A stretch of 59,547 bases of DNA, filler included, from Sphacelaria rigidula (lineage: Eukaryota): NCBI GenBank assembly GCA_964200075.2. It is 4 parts of 4 records of this genome, joined end to end, with 100 filler letters (N's around TTAATTAATTAA, not from the genome) between each part and the next. Parts side by side here need not be neighbours in the genome. Positions count along the whole stretch, not along the records: positions 44,740 to 59,547 come from CAXNAA020002035.1; 3 more parts are not named here. One strand, written 5' to 3'. Made by a program: the position numbers and the translations under genes. Shown piece by piece: positions 47,457 through 59,547 of the stretch. Under the pieces are notes generated by a model. That model was not told the origin of the DNA and did not search any database. It worked only from the letters and a program-made list of their open reading frames with translations. Position 1 is the first letter of the stretch, and every line of letters starts with the position of its first letter.

Positions 47457-50400
47457 CTAGGTCTCCTCCACGTAGCCGCAGTCCTCGCTGGACTCGGACG
47501 GTGCTTCCACGTTATTGTCATACCCACCCAAGACGTTGCCGCTGTGATGAAAGGCGGGAAAGGGGTGGGGGTGGGGGGCATCGAGGAAGAGGCCATCGTT
47601 GAGGAATTGGAGAGAACGGAGTCCAAAATCATGGGCCGTTCACTGAAAATCAAGTTCGACTTACAAGTCAAGTAGGCTCTCCTGGAGGGTAACTTACGCA
47701 GGGTCGTAGTTGCAGACCAAGTAGTTGTACCGCCAACCGTCGCTCTCGCACGAGGCCACTGCGCAACCAACCGATTCCGTGTTATTCCAGAGGATTTGGG
47801 TAGCGTGTCCGCCGTATTCACTCGTGTCCAGGTAGCTACCGTCGGTTGCATCGAGTACTTCCTCATCATCTGTTTGTTCCGATTGTATCATGAGATGAGA
47901 AAGGGGAGAGAGTAAAGTTTTGGGAAACAAGACAAGGGCAGACCGGCCTTGGAAAACGGTACGTTCCCGTAGGTGGAAGACGGTACGTTTCCGTAAGTGG
48001 GCGTACGAGAAGTGGGGTGTAGGCGTGATACTGATCCACGGAAGACGCGGCCCCGATTCTTCCGACGCCAAGAAACAAGCGGAAAGTCCAGACTACATTA
48101 CAGTACAGCACAAGAAATTTTCCGTGACAGCTCTTTGACGTACTGACGTACTGCAAGTCTCGCGCGGCTCAGAAGCCCCCCCTCCCCTCACCCGCTCAAA
48201 TCGAAAGCGGGGCCATGAAAAACTCACAAAAACCGTACATCGCCTCGCTGGCTGAGTAGCAGTCGTAATCGCCCGTAGTGCCGCACATGTACAGGTTTTC
48301 CCCCCAGTAGTTCCTGTTTTCCGCTGTGCTGTGTTCCAGCGTTCCGTCGCATCTGTCGGAGGAGGTGAGGGTCGCTGCATACGACTGTTGTCGTTCGATG
48401 CAAGAGCGACAAAAGTTCTCAATTGAGCGAGGCCAGAAATGAACAGCGATTGGTTGGTACCGTGTTTTCGTATCCGCGAATCCCTTCCTCCGCTCAGTAG
48501 CAGGAAAATGTATGAGAAGAATGCCTTAATCAGTGTCTGCGGAGACTGAACGCGGTACTGCTGGCCAAGAAATGAATAATGCATGTATAAAAATCACCGA
48601 CTAAAATTCTAATCATACCCAGACTATGCACGGGGTGTATTTGAACATAAATGTTGCCCCCCATCCACGTTGTCAAACTATTGGTTCATTCAACACGTGG
48701 GAAAGAGCTCACCGTCTGAAACACGTCTACATTTTACTTTTCGCCAGTCACGACACGTTTTTCTGTGGGAAGTTATCCTTCCCACCCCCCAGGTCGTATG
48801 ATTGGCCTCTATTTCACGCCCTCCCGACTCAAGTGCTACTGCACAGGGCGTACTCGCTCGCGCGTTTTACTGATCGGGGTGTGTAGGGATTTGAAGAAGA
48901 ACAATGATGGACACAATGACCCACCGCTGCGGTCTCTGCAATGGTCTCGTTGTACGAGAGAGGATCGGTGCCGTGTATACACCTCACAGCATTGTGCAGA
49001 ACGAGCAAGTCTTGCATGTCACCGATGGTTGCACTCGACTGTGTGTCGTCATCGTCGACTGCAGCATCTGTCGACGGTGTCGACGGTGACATGGTCGACG
49101 TAGACATTGTCGACGGAGATATTGTCGACGGGGACATTGTCGACGGTGACATTGTCGACGGTGTCTCGTCATGGTCGACTGCAGCATCTGTCATTTGAAA
49201 CAGATTGAACTGCCACACGCCACCGCACGGCTCGAAGGGATCGCCCGTGCACTCCATGGTGCAGTTACTACCCAGGCCGTGCTTGTCGTAGTCTTCCAAG
49301 TTGCTTGAAGTCCCACACCAGCACTCTTTGCCATACTGCCGTTTAGTGGTCCGTTTGGATACAAACAAACGACGAGGAGTTTGGGGAGGGGTGAGGGAAT
49401 AAATACACTGGGGAATTAGACCCTCAGAGCAGATTGTTCACATTCTGCATTGCCTGATATAGTGCCGTTAACAGTAGAGTCACGTTCGTCATTTCGATTG
49501 TGACGTACCTTGCCACGTGAGAAGGGTACATGCATGGCGTGGAAGGGGTATATGCATGAAGTGTACGACGTCCCGCTTCAATATAATGCACGGGTGGCCA
49601 CTAGGGTGCCTGTAACCCTAAAATTGGACGTTACAGACCTCGTGCAAGGTCTGTAATGCGAGGTCTGTAATGTCCAAATTTGAGGTTGCGGGCACCCCAG
49701 TGGCCACCCGCGTGGGTATTGCAGTTAGAACATAAGTCTACCAAGTTCCATTGTGTAGTACACAATTGCAATGGCATTTTTCAATTACTTGCGGCCGCAG
49801 GATCGGCCACGCAAGAACTCTCGAACCTTGGCTGATATGACTCTCCAACCCAAGCTCTCGTTGCAAGGAGGATGACCGATCTAGTGAACTGGCTACACCA
49901 GGATCAACCTTCAAATTTCCAGGAGCGGTTATCTGCAGAAAAACCCAGAGGATGAATCGGGGAGAACGATGTATTGTAACCGCTTCCGTGTCCATTATTT
50001 TGCGGGTCGGCACACTCGGTGCCAACACCACTGCAACAAATCTCGTAGGATATCTGGCAATTCTGCTTCTGTGATCTCAGATGGGAACATGATATATTTC
50101 GTAGTCATGAAATATATTATGGCATACAGTAGCAATAAACAGCCGCCAACTCATGCTATTTATTTCAATCTTCGGTAGTGCAGGCAATCTGTCAAATCGG
50201 AATCGTTAGTTGACCCTAACCCTAACTGAAGTACAACTGATTCTGATTAACGGATCCTTCCTAGCGGCCAACGAAAGTACCTCTGATACGCAACCCACCG
50301 CCGAAAGCGACATACATGACCGCTGGCGACACATGGGGGGTGGTCCGCGTCAGAGCGTTTACACTGACCTGAGTGGCATAGTATTCGTGGCTCGGGTCCG

Positions 50401-53400
50401 TCTCCAAGCAGTGTTCACGGCACAGCGAGGACGTCATGTTCTGGCTTGTGGTCAAGTCCTCCATCACTCGGTCCGTGGCGAGATCCTTGAAGCAGCCGAT
50501 GTAACCGGGACAGGTGGGGACGAAGGAATCGCGGTGCAGTTCCCGGCGAACCGTAACCGGTCCCGTTTCCTGTTTCGCCGCAACAATAAAATATTCATGT
50601 ATAGGGGAAGCAGCGAGGTCTGTGAAATATATTCTTGGACAGAACGACCAGAACTGGCGTAAATTGGAAGCGTTGACCGATTGCACAACAGTACTGTATC
50701 ATGCCACATGACGAGTCTGGCGACTTTCCGCCCTTTGGTTGACCGCTGGAGAAATGGCTGGTGGTAGTTAGGATTGGAAAGTGCGTCGACTCTTTGACCG
50801 CCAGGGTGGGCAATCAGGGTCTTGACATCATTTTGAAATAAGGTTTCGCTCTGTGTTACTGCTTCGCGTCATCCCTGCAAAAAATATATGCGCCTTAAAC
50901 CTCATTTTTGAGATCGATCTCATTTTTGAAATCGACCCCATTTTTCAGGATCCGCTGTCAGTTGGAGTAGGGATGTAATGCCGTTGGGACAGTCAACCCA
51001 TGCTGGCGGTCAAAAGGTAAACCGTTCGGTAGCGATTGCTCATGTTTGATTCAGGGGTTGGTTGATCGTCGCGCGTCGACCGGTCCTCGAAGAATTCAGC
51101 CGCTGTCACAACGTACGCCTACACCAAGGTCAACGTAACGGATACGCTTGCCGAGCGACACACGGGAGAAGGGTGCGGTCGTGGAAAACGCCGTTAAGAG
51201 ATCTAAGACGGTTGCAATGGAAATAATGAAGTCAGTGTAGCTTCAGCCAACATCACACTGTTGGTCGAGTTCTGTCTTCTCTCGTAACCCCTGCATGTAT
51301 GGAGGTTGCACAAAAAAACGTACCCGCGACCGGGTATCTCATCAAGAGCATACCCGTGCTCTCTGGTAACGTTGCTGGCGGCTTGCAGAACTCACGGAAC
51401 TATCAGGTAAGAGTATGAAAATATTACAGAAGATTACAGAACTGTCCGGTACCGGTCTGTCTGAAAGTCTCTCAGAAGTCACAGAACCGTTGGGGACGGT
51501 AAATACCCGGCAAAATACCGCGAGTGGGTATACAGAAAACCGTACCCTACAAAGCACGACCTTGGTATTATCGTCACCCCTGTGGTGGAACCTACGTCAC
51601 TACAGTGGGGAACTACAGATTTTAGTTCACGTAAACTCTGTGTGGCTTCACGGGGTTGGTAGAGAAGGACGGCACAAACACTCGCAGTAGTACATGTGCA
51701 CGGGATCGTCAACATCTATCGCCTTCACGTCTACTCCCATTGGGTACATGGAGGAGCATTCACTGCTGCCCGCTCTCTGGAAGCCCTCCGGCACGACAAA
51801 ATCGTCAACGACCTTGACTTCCGGTGGCGGCTCTTTTCACAGAAAATGTCGGGGACGGTATGGAGGCTGCACAGAAAAGTGTACTCGCAACCAGGTATCC
51901 TACCAAGAGCGTACCCGTGCCCCCCGGTAGCGGTACGGGAGGCTTACAGAACTCACAGAACTGTCGGGTACGGTAAATACCCGCGGAAATACCACGGGTG
52001 AGTATACAGGAAACCGTACCCTGCACAAGAAAAAAAACGTATTCCAATATATATATATGACAGTATAATTCTCGCGTTCTATGAAGGAGCGACGATCCCA
52101 TTTCTTGTTCACGCCACCCTCGGCACGTATATCCACAAACATGTATCTGGCGGGAAGAGGGGGAAACGGCGTGGAGCTCAAGGCAAAGCACTACTGTACA
52201 CCATGATTAGTAACGCTTTTCTCGAGGCATAATGAGGCGGTTTCCGTAGACTGGATATTTCGAGCACAAAGTGTTGCTCGTCTGGATCGTGCACGTCAGA
52301 TCGCTCGCTGTGCCCAGTACTCAAACGTAGGACATGGGTCACCAGGTTTCTATTATAGCGCATGCTTCTGATGTCTGATGCATGCTGGTATTTTTCGTTC
52401 TTTCGTTTCCTACGTGATCAGTACGTTCTCCTTGACTTCCTTGTGTTCGTGTGCAGCCGATGCGTTCTCTCGTGACACGAATGCGCGTCCATGTTGAGCG
52501 TGGACAAGGTCGAAAACGGGGGGTTAAGGGCTACAGCGCATGTGGCGGTATGGAGTGTGGAAAAAGGACTCTTTTGCCCCACCAGTGTTCAACGTAACGT
52601 GCGACACATACGATGCATCTTGCTTTCGCACGATCACAACAGCGGGTGCTTATTTCGAAGATACTGTATTCATCCGCTCACAGATGTTTAGTTGTGATGA
52701 TCAAAAGCATGGCAGGAACACCATAGTATAATAGAGGAAGAACGACAAACTAAGGCACGTCTAAGGCCACCTCTCATGTGTACAAACAAATGTTGAAAAG
52801 TAGCCGTTCCCCGTCGTTTTTTTTCGACACATGAAAAATGGCTTCATCGACTTTGTCCGGAAATTCTCCGATTTCTCGAAAAACAAATGCATATAACAAT
52901 TCCAACCCTATATTCCGCGAGTAATGTGTAGTGAGTCTTTCTCTTGACCTGGTTGAGAAATCTGGTGACATTTTTCAGGAAGTTCTTCTCCTAATAAAGT
53001 TCGAAAAGTCTGAAAAATAACAGCCCCGTTAACGACGACCCTTGACGGACCTTTTCTCCGGATTTTTTAGTTCTTCGGGAAAATTGGAGTTTTTTCGACA
53101 TCTCCGATAATTCAATGGCTGGACGGAAAACCCCACGCTAGAATTCCAGAGTTTAGTTTTTGCCGTGACCTCGTTAATAAACCTGCTGACATTTTCCGGA
53201 GAGTGAAATTCAGTTTTTCTCTGAAAAAAAGTCAGAGATTTGTCTGGAAGAACTCCCGTTAATAATCATAGGCATATCCAATGCAAATTGCCTTCCCAAA
53301 GTAAGGCATGTCAGGCATAGATTAAGCGTATAATACGTGGAATTAATTTTGAGTAAAATCATTTGAATTTTACCGAAGCCCAAATGTTTTCCGCTCCGGG

Positions 53401-55134
53401 GTGCCGTGCTGCGCATGCCTGAGCACGCCTACGGCGTCCCTCTTAGGCCAGGGCTTACTAGTCAGACAGCCGGGTCGCAGCGTTCACTTATGGTCATGAC
53501 CGAATAGCAAACCCAAGGCTGCCCGTGTGACGCGGAGACAAAACATCGAGCAATATCCCATCGACACAGACGACTTGGGCCATGAACCGCATATCGTATT
53601 AACCGTTCGATCAGGAGGAAGGTGTTCATTTGCTCAAAAGTCAGGGCATTTTTTTCTTTTGATCAAACTCCATGACTTGTAATTCCTATACCGTACGGAG
53701 GTAGCGTCGATACTAAAAAGCCTGTATGAATCCCCGAACGATATATCTAGCGAACGATGACGATTTTTGGTGTGGATATTCCCTCGAGCACGGGGAGACG
53801 ATCGATACCCTCATTTTGGTGTGGACATTCCCTCGAGCACGGGGAGACGATCGATACCCTCACCTGTCTAACTCATCATCAATCTCAAGATATGGCGCAC
53901 ATAAGGTTCCAAACTCAAATAAATACATTACAAGCAGAGGAACTAAATGCACTATATCTGGGTATCACTTCTCGGTTTTTGAGAGTTGTGCTTTGAAATT
54001 TCGTGAAGAGAATCGGGAGTGCACGATGAAAAAAATCAGCTTCCTCCTTCTTTTTTTTTCGTTTTTGTTTGTTTCGGTTTTAAGGGGAGTGGAGGAAAAA
54101 TGGATAACGCTCTTCGAGCTCATGTCAATTTTTCAGCTAAATTTCAAGAAGTGTGATACGCAACTCATCATGGAGAATCGCAATGGCATGCAGAAAAAAA
54201 AAATGAGCCTCCAATTCTTTTTTTGGGAGGTATGAGCGTTCTCGGGAAAATATCGTCTTTGCTACACTCAAACGTCCTCAACAAGTGAAGAAAAAACGTT
54301 TCCCGCTTCGTTTGGTTCATTATGGCCTAGCAAAGGACCAAACCTGGGCCGGTTTGTGGCCTGCAAAATACTGTTCCGAATTTCTACCGGCCTGGTTTTC
54401 AAAAGGCCTGTTTGCAGCTCAATCTTCGGTATGGACAATATTACTTCCTACGACAGCCCCCCCCCCCGAAAAAAAACTAGCCCCAAAGTGTAACAAAAAA
54501 AGGGCCATACAGCGCTCGATGTTTGGGTTCAGGCTGCATCCAGCGCCTCATATTGGCGACATTGACTAGAAAGAACTCTAGCGCGGGAATATCCAGCTGC
54601 TCGTTGTGCTCGGCTTCTTTCATTTCAAATTAGGTGAAGATTGTGCCTCCCAAAACCATGCACGTTTGGGGGGGGGCTATCGTAGAAAGTATGATAAATA
54701 GGGCATAAGAATATACACTTGAGGATCCACAGATTTTCTTCTCTTCATGAGGTAGGTTTCAGTAAAACGCCGTCAAATTATGAAAAAAAAACTTGGGAGT
54801 CCAACATATGTGTATTATGCCCTATTCATTGTCCATACCAATTTTAAGGTTTCCAACACTGAAATTGAGGTGCGAATGGGCCTGCAAACTACAAATTCGC
54901 TTCTAGGCTGACCCAGCTGGTACAGCACTTGCGCGATGACGAACGGCATCAACTCTCGGTATACGACATGACACACGATCGGAAATCGAAAGCTTGCTCT
55001 TACCACCCACTCACCCTTACAATCAACGGGCCGGAACCTCGTAAGCCATTCGGCGGCAGCGGTTGCGCCGCTCCAACGACCGTCAACGCCGTCAAAGCGG
55101 ACACAAGAACGATCGGTGAGTATGTTCTGGACAT
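47457..55134 (-). CDS. Probably secreted WSC-domain + Ser/Thr/Pro linker + CAP (SCP/PR-1) domain protein, multi-exon
   Basis: Well-supported exons (minus strand): 50569-50369 (GYIGCFKD..CREHC..YYATQ), 49335-48925 (YGKECWCG..CTMECTGDPFEPCGG; PSTMS repeats; LVLHNAVRCIHG..LSYN), 48384-48228 (LEHS..YWGENLY), 47869-47698 (YDE..GHATQILWNNTESVGCA..VCNYDPA) and 47541-47457 (GNVLGGYDNNV..stop). All junctions are GT-AG and in phase. Tentative 5' exons are 55134-55015 (signal-peptide-like MSRTYSPIVLVSALTALTVVGAA) and ~51118-51023. Confidence 0.82.
49070..49162 (-). repeat. 15-bp coding tandem repeat (PSTMS)n
   Basis: gtcgacggtgacatt-type units, about 6 copies. Confidence 0.85.
49591..49710. mobile_element. 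120-bp hairpin MITE in the intron that splits the WSC domain
   Basis: cgggtggccactagggtgcctgtaacc..aaattggacgttacagacc versus ggtctgtaatgtccaaattt..ggttgcgggcaccccagtggccacccg. Confidence 0.8.
51297..52026 (+). repeat. Two direct copies of an interspersed repeat (51297-51552 and 51858-52026)
   Basis: Shared gtatggagg.tgcac..ggtat..caagagc.tacccgtgc..cagaactcac.gaact..ggtaaatacccg..tatacag.aaaccgtaccct. Confidence 0.75.
53765..53862 (+). repeat. 49-bp tandem duplication
   Basis: ttttggtgtggayattccctcgagcacggggagacgatcgataccctca occurs twice with one mismatch. Confidence 0.9.
54444..54689. mobile_element. MITE with TA TSD (Tc1/mariner-like)
   Basis: TA|cttcctacgacagcccccccc ... ggggggggctatcgtagaaag|TA. 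Confidence 0.7.
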
Positions 55135-56087
55135 GACGTGGAGATCTTGACCTCGTCTGCTGGAAACAGTATGGACATCGTTGTCACAGACACGAAAAGA
55201 CGGGATCACAAGAACACAGCGCGTTGCAACAAGATGTATAAAATTGATGTGTACCCTGAATTCCGGTAGAGCGTCCAGACTCCAGATTTGCACTACTTTT
55301 GCAGCGAATGTCTTGCGGCATGGCGATGGGTGTCGCTGCGTACATGTCTTCGGGGCATGGGCAATAATAAGCAATATCAACAGTACTAACAGCTGCTATC
55401 CAGTGGACGCAAAACGAATAGTCTAAACACCCACGGGATACTCGCGACATTCAACATTATGTGAACCTAGCCCAGCTCGGCAACGCCCCAAACCCCTGAA
55501 GATGTAGGTTATGTCGTCCACACGAGCGAAACCAAGAGTCAAGAGAGTAAAGACAGCGCACCGCTGGTGACCATTAGTGTAGATTTCTAGCGAACTTCCA
55601 GAACGTGAGCGAGCACACACTTTATAATGCTGTCCCGTTGTTCCTCTCAGGCGCTAAAATGGACACACAGTAGTAGGGAACTGTACATTAGTATTTAGAT
55701 GCACGGCGGGTAATAGGACGCGCGCCGCAGCCCACCAATCTATGAAAATACATATCTGCTCAATTATACCTTACTGATACCCGCGCACCCTGAGATTCCC
55801 TGGCCCAGTAGTATCTTGCGCTCAGGCCTTCTTGCAAGAGTGACGAAGAGTGTTGCTGCCGAGATGTAGTGTGTCGGTCGGGGAAGGGTGTGTAAATGGG
55901 GGCAACGATCGCTTGACGGGACAGCCAACGCGCCACAACGGATTAGTTTATTTTAGAAGAGAATTCAGGAGCACTCTTCTTGCCTACTTGATCGTTCTTA
56001 TTCATTTGTTGCGCTGGGTGGTTGCTCAACATTACTGTTGCAGAATATTTAGATACAAAATCATGTTTGTCCGGAAACTTACCCCCC

Positions 56088-56720
56088 TTGGACCGTTCAC
56101 CGCCAGGGTAGGCGATCTGTTGAATCGGCATCTTGCCTGTTAACCCTTCCACAGTCATGGTAGGTGATCTGTTGAATCGGCAATAATTTCGCTTGAAAAA
56201 TGAATGCATGGCAAAGGTTACCTACCCTCCCTCCGGTCAAAGAGAGATAACCCTTGTCCGGCGAGAGTAGGTCATCTGTTGAATCTACAACAATTTCAAT
56301 TGAACCCCTTGACCGCGAGGGTAGGTCGCCTGCTGAATCGGCATCAATATCCAATTGAAAAAACAATGCGTGATCCAGATGGACTACTAGTATCGGGATC
56401 CAAGCGTTGACCCTTTAACCGCGAGGGTAGGTCACCTGCTAGATGGGTATCAATTACACCTGACAAAAGTATGTGTGGTCCAGATGGACTACTTGCATCG
56501 TGGTCTAGAGATTAGTCTGATAATGCAGACCCAATAATAACCCTTTGATCGCTAGAATAGTTGATCTGTAGGTGATCTGTTGAATCGGCATCATCACTCG
56601 AAATATTTCAAAGGGCAAATGATGCCGATTCAACGGATCGCTCACTCTAGCAGTCAACCGTTATCCCATCTTTCGTTGGCCCTTTGACTGCGAGCAGTTA
56701 CCGATTTGTGAACCTGCACC
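56088..56720. mobile_element. Stack of degenerate ~100-bp piggyBac-like mini-MITEs
   Basis: At least 6 starts of (t)raccctt.gaccgc.agggtagg..a.ctgttgaatcggcatc. Several end in a ctaccct..cggtcaaag-like inverted end. Related copies occur at ~50790-51017 and ~57900-58298. Confidence 0.65.
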
Positions 56721-59547
56721 AGTTTCGTTCATTTTTCGAGTGAAATTGATGTCGGTTTACAAACCAACCACCGCTCGCAGTCACAGGGTTCATGGTTGCG
56801 CAGCAATCTTACATCACTACACAGTATCCTACCCGCTGTTTTTTCCGTTATGGGTTGAGGACTCAAGGCGTGTCTTAGTACATTATTTTTCAATCGAAAA
56901 TGTGCGGTGGAAACGGAAAACTCCGATCTGATACTGTAGGTTATGATTTCAACTACTACGGCATCGTAGTTTATGCTGAGGATGGTTGAAATCACGACCT
57001 ATCAGATTGGGATATTTGTTTTCCACCGCCGCACTTTTCGATCGAAAAATGATGTGCTTATAAGGCACATCCTCACCATAATATGTATCATATCTTAAAA
57101 AACTGCCAACTACTGCTGTACATCGAGCCGAAAGCTTCGATATAACGTACCGAAATATTAAATATCGCACCGAACCGAAATATTTTTGATATCATGAGGG
57201 ATAACCTGACTGTCATCGGGGTTATTGAAGATGCGATGGCTGGAGTACTATTGCATTTGAGAGTTGAGTATTGCTGTCAAGAGTTGTGCATAAGTGTATC
57301 GTGTATCGTGTTCGCATTATTGATTATCAACATTATTACATTTGGAACTGAAGACAGAGTTTTTGAGACGGTGGGAAACCAATTGCATTTTTTTTTACAT
57401 GTGTTAGCGCTTTTCCGAGTGCATAATGATGTGTTCGTCATTTGAAGTACGTGGACGCCACAGCATGCCATAAGCCCATCAAGGTCTCAGGTGTTTAGAG
57501 GCATCATCTCTGCTATTTCGAACCATGTGGTAGATTTTTTACCTACAAGCACTTGACAAGCATACACATCTTGCCGTGGTCGGGGTTGGACGCAGGCTGC
57601 GCACGTCGTAATTACTCATCCAGCGATAAATACAATGCGCTTGGATCACAACGCTCGAGAGACTCAAATCACTGCTAGCTAGTGACTTCCATGTGTCACT
57701 GTATGTGTGTTTTCTTATGCAGATCTGAGTTGCGAGTAGTGGCGTTTGATCCTTCGGACACCAGGGTGGGTAATGATGTGTTGACTCGATACAAATTCCA
57801 TTAGAGAAGTTAAAGATGCTGCAAACCACTGTGGTCGATAACCCTTCGACTGCTGTATGTAGCGATAGTCCATTATTGATGATTCGGAATCATTTCCCTT
57901 CCTTTTTCAATCGTGAGTGATGCCGATTCAACCATGTGACTCCCAGCGGTGGTCCATTTGTGAATCGGTATCACTGTTAATCTCAAAAGGAATGAAGCTG
58001 ATGCCGTTACAACTGTGCTACCGCCCGCAGTCAAAGTGTAACTGACCCCTTGACCGCCAGGGTACAGTAGGTCATCTGCGTCAAGTATGGATCAAGGGAT
58101 TGATGCTAATTTAATTTTTGACCAAACATTGGTGGTCAATGGCTCGACCGTTACCTGTTGCATCGGCACCAATTTTACTCGAAACAAGTATGCATGGTCC
58201 TGATGGACTTCCCTTGCGGTCTAAGGATTAACCCTCGACCCTTTCAAGTGTAAATGTTGCCGATTCCATAGATGACCCCTCTGACATCCAAAGGGTTAGA
58301 GTTTAATATAGTAAAAAGTTGACTCGGCGTGGACGTCGGTTCTAGCTTCACGTCAAGTGAGCCTACACGGGCTGCACGTACGACTCAATTTAGCTATTGC
58401 ACTCGTAGGTACATTCCACCAGCGTTTTGATCGACGTTTGTTTGTTTTTGTGTTGAGATCTTCATCTCGTTCCATTCGGGCCCGACAACCCAGGGGCGAA
58501 GGGTTATGACAATATCGCAGCAATGTTCAGGGTAGGGTGTTCCACGGCCTGTTTCCTGTCCTCTGACGGGGGGGGGGTGTTTCGTATAGCCAAGGTGCAT
58601 CATCTGATAACTACATGCATTTTCCAACTAAAAGCCACGTCGACGAATCGGGTCGACTCAATGGATAACGCCCCCATCCGCTATCTTGGTGTGTCGCATA
58701 TGTCAAATGTATCGCCTCGATGAGATCCTCAGGCTATGTCGATCTGAAATTTTGTTATGTGGACCTCAAGGTTTGCTATGAGCGAACGGCCTTACTCTCA
58801 ACGTACACCCTGATGAAATTCTTGTGTGTTGGAACCCAGGCAAGGTTATCCCAGGTTGAGATCTCCGCAACTGAACACAAAACCGCTGGAAATTTGCAGC
58901 ATCATATCGTTTGGGGGGGGGGGGCGTCGCTGCCATCGCTGTCGTCATCTGAGCAGCTGTTGGTCATACCTGATGCTGGGGATTGCTACAGAAATTCCGC
59001 CGCATCTTGTCATGCTCCGTAATTCCGCCGCACCTCTAAAACAACCTTGACAACAACAGTACAGTACCAGGTACAACAAAAGAAATACCCCTGGACTGGA
59101 CCATAAGGTTACCTTTGGAAACGACTTTGGGTAGCAACAATGAATCGTCAGCCTTATCGATATCCTGAACCACGTTACAATAAAACGTTCCCAAAAGCAC
59201 AACCATGGAAGGCTGTGATCCCAAGCGCTGGCGGAGTGTACACTTTGCAGCAAAGGTCAGCACACCCAGCAAGCAGACTGGGCGCACAAGTGCCACGACT
59301 GATAGTGTCCCTTACCCGACCGCAGCAGGTGGGTGAGGAAGCTGGTGTGGCTACATTCCGCACGTCGGGAAGATCATTATCTGTGTCACCCGGGTTATAC
59401 AGGTTGAGTGTGAACACATTTGTGAACACGATTCGGAAGACACAACGCAACTACAGTACCGGCCCGCTAGTAAGAAACGTGTCAGGAAGAAAATCAGCCT
59501 CAAATTTTAGACAAACTAAAGAAACGGCCCAGCCTCGGCATCTGCCG

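Noticed and set aside
56088-56720. CRISPR-like array
   Set aside because: Repeats are degenerate, spacing is irregular, intervening sequences are homologous to one another, there are no cas genes, and the context is eukaryotic.

Overview
Intron-rich eukaryotic DNA that looks like a brown alga (Ectocarpus-like stramenopile; inferred from an EsV-1-7 repeat gene, a WSC-domain gene and the splice style). The window is not one locus. It is four contigs of 14816, 14814, 14809 and 14808 bp joined by artificial 100-bp spacers (N44-TTAATTAATTAA-N44). Contig 1 carries an intronless 12-repeat EsV-1-7 (C-x4-C-x16-C-x2-H) protein with hypervariable repeat positions. It also has a decayed IS630/Tc1/mariner-like transposase with a very long (~212 aa) D-E spacer, preceded by two tandem copies of a small AP2/arm-type-like module, and a fold-back MITE. 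Contig 2 has two large low-complexity exons of an unknown gene, the second flanked by inverted copies of a ~1.3-1.4 kb element, plus nested MITEs. Contig 3 has a complete 7-exon SIN3 co-repressor gene convergent with the last exon of TSR1. Contig 4 has a multi-exon, probably secreted WSC + Ser/Thr linker + CAP(SCP/PR-1) gene and stacks of piggyBac-like mini-MITEs. No rRNA, tRNA or CRISPR array was seen. All calls were made by eye, with no database searches.
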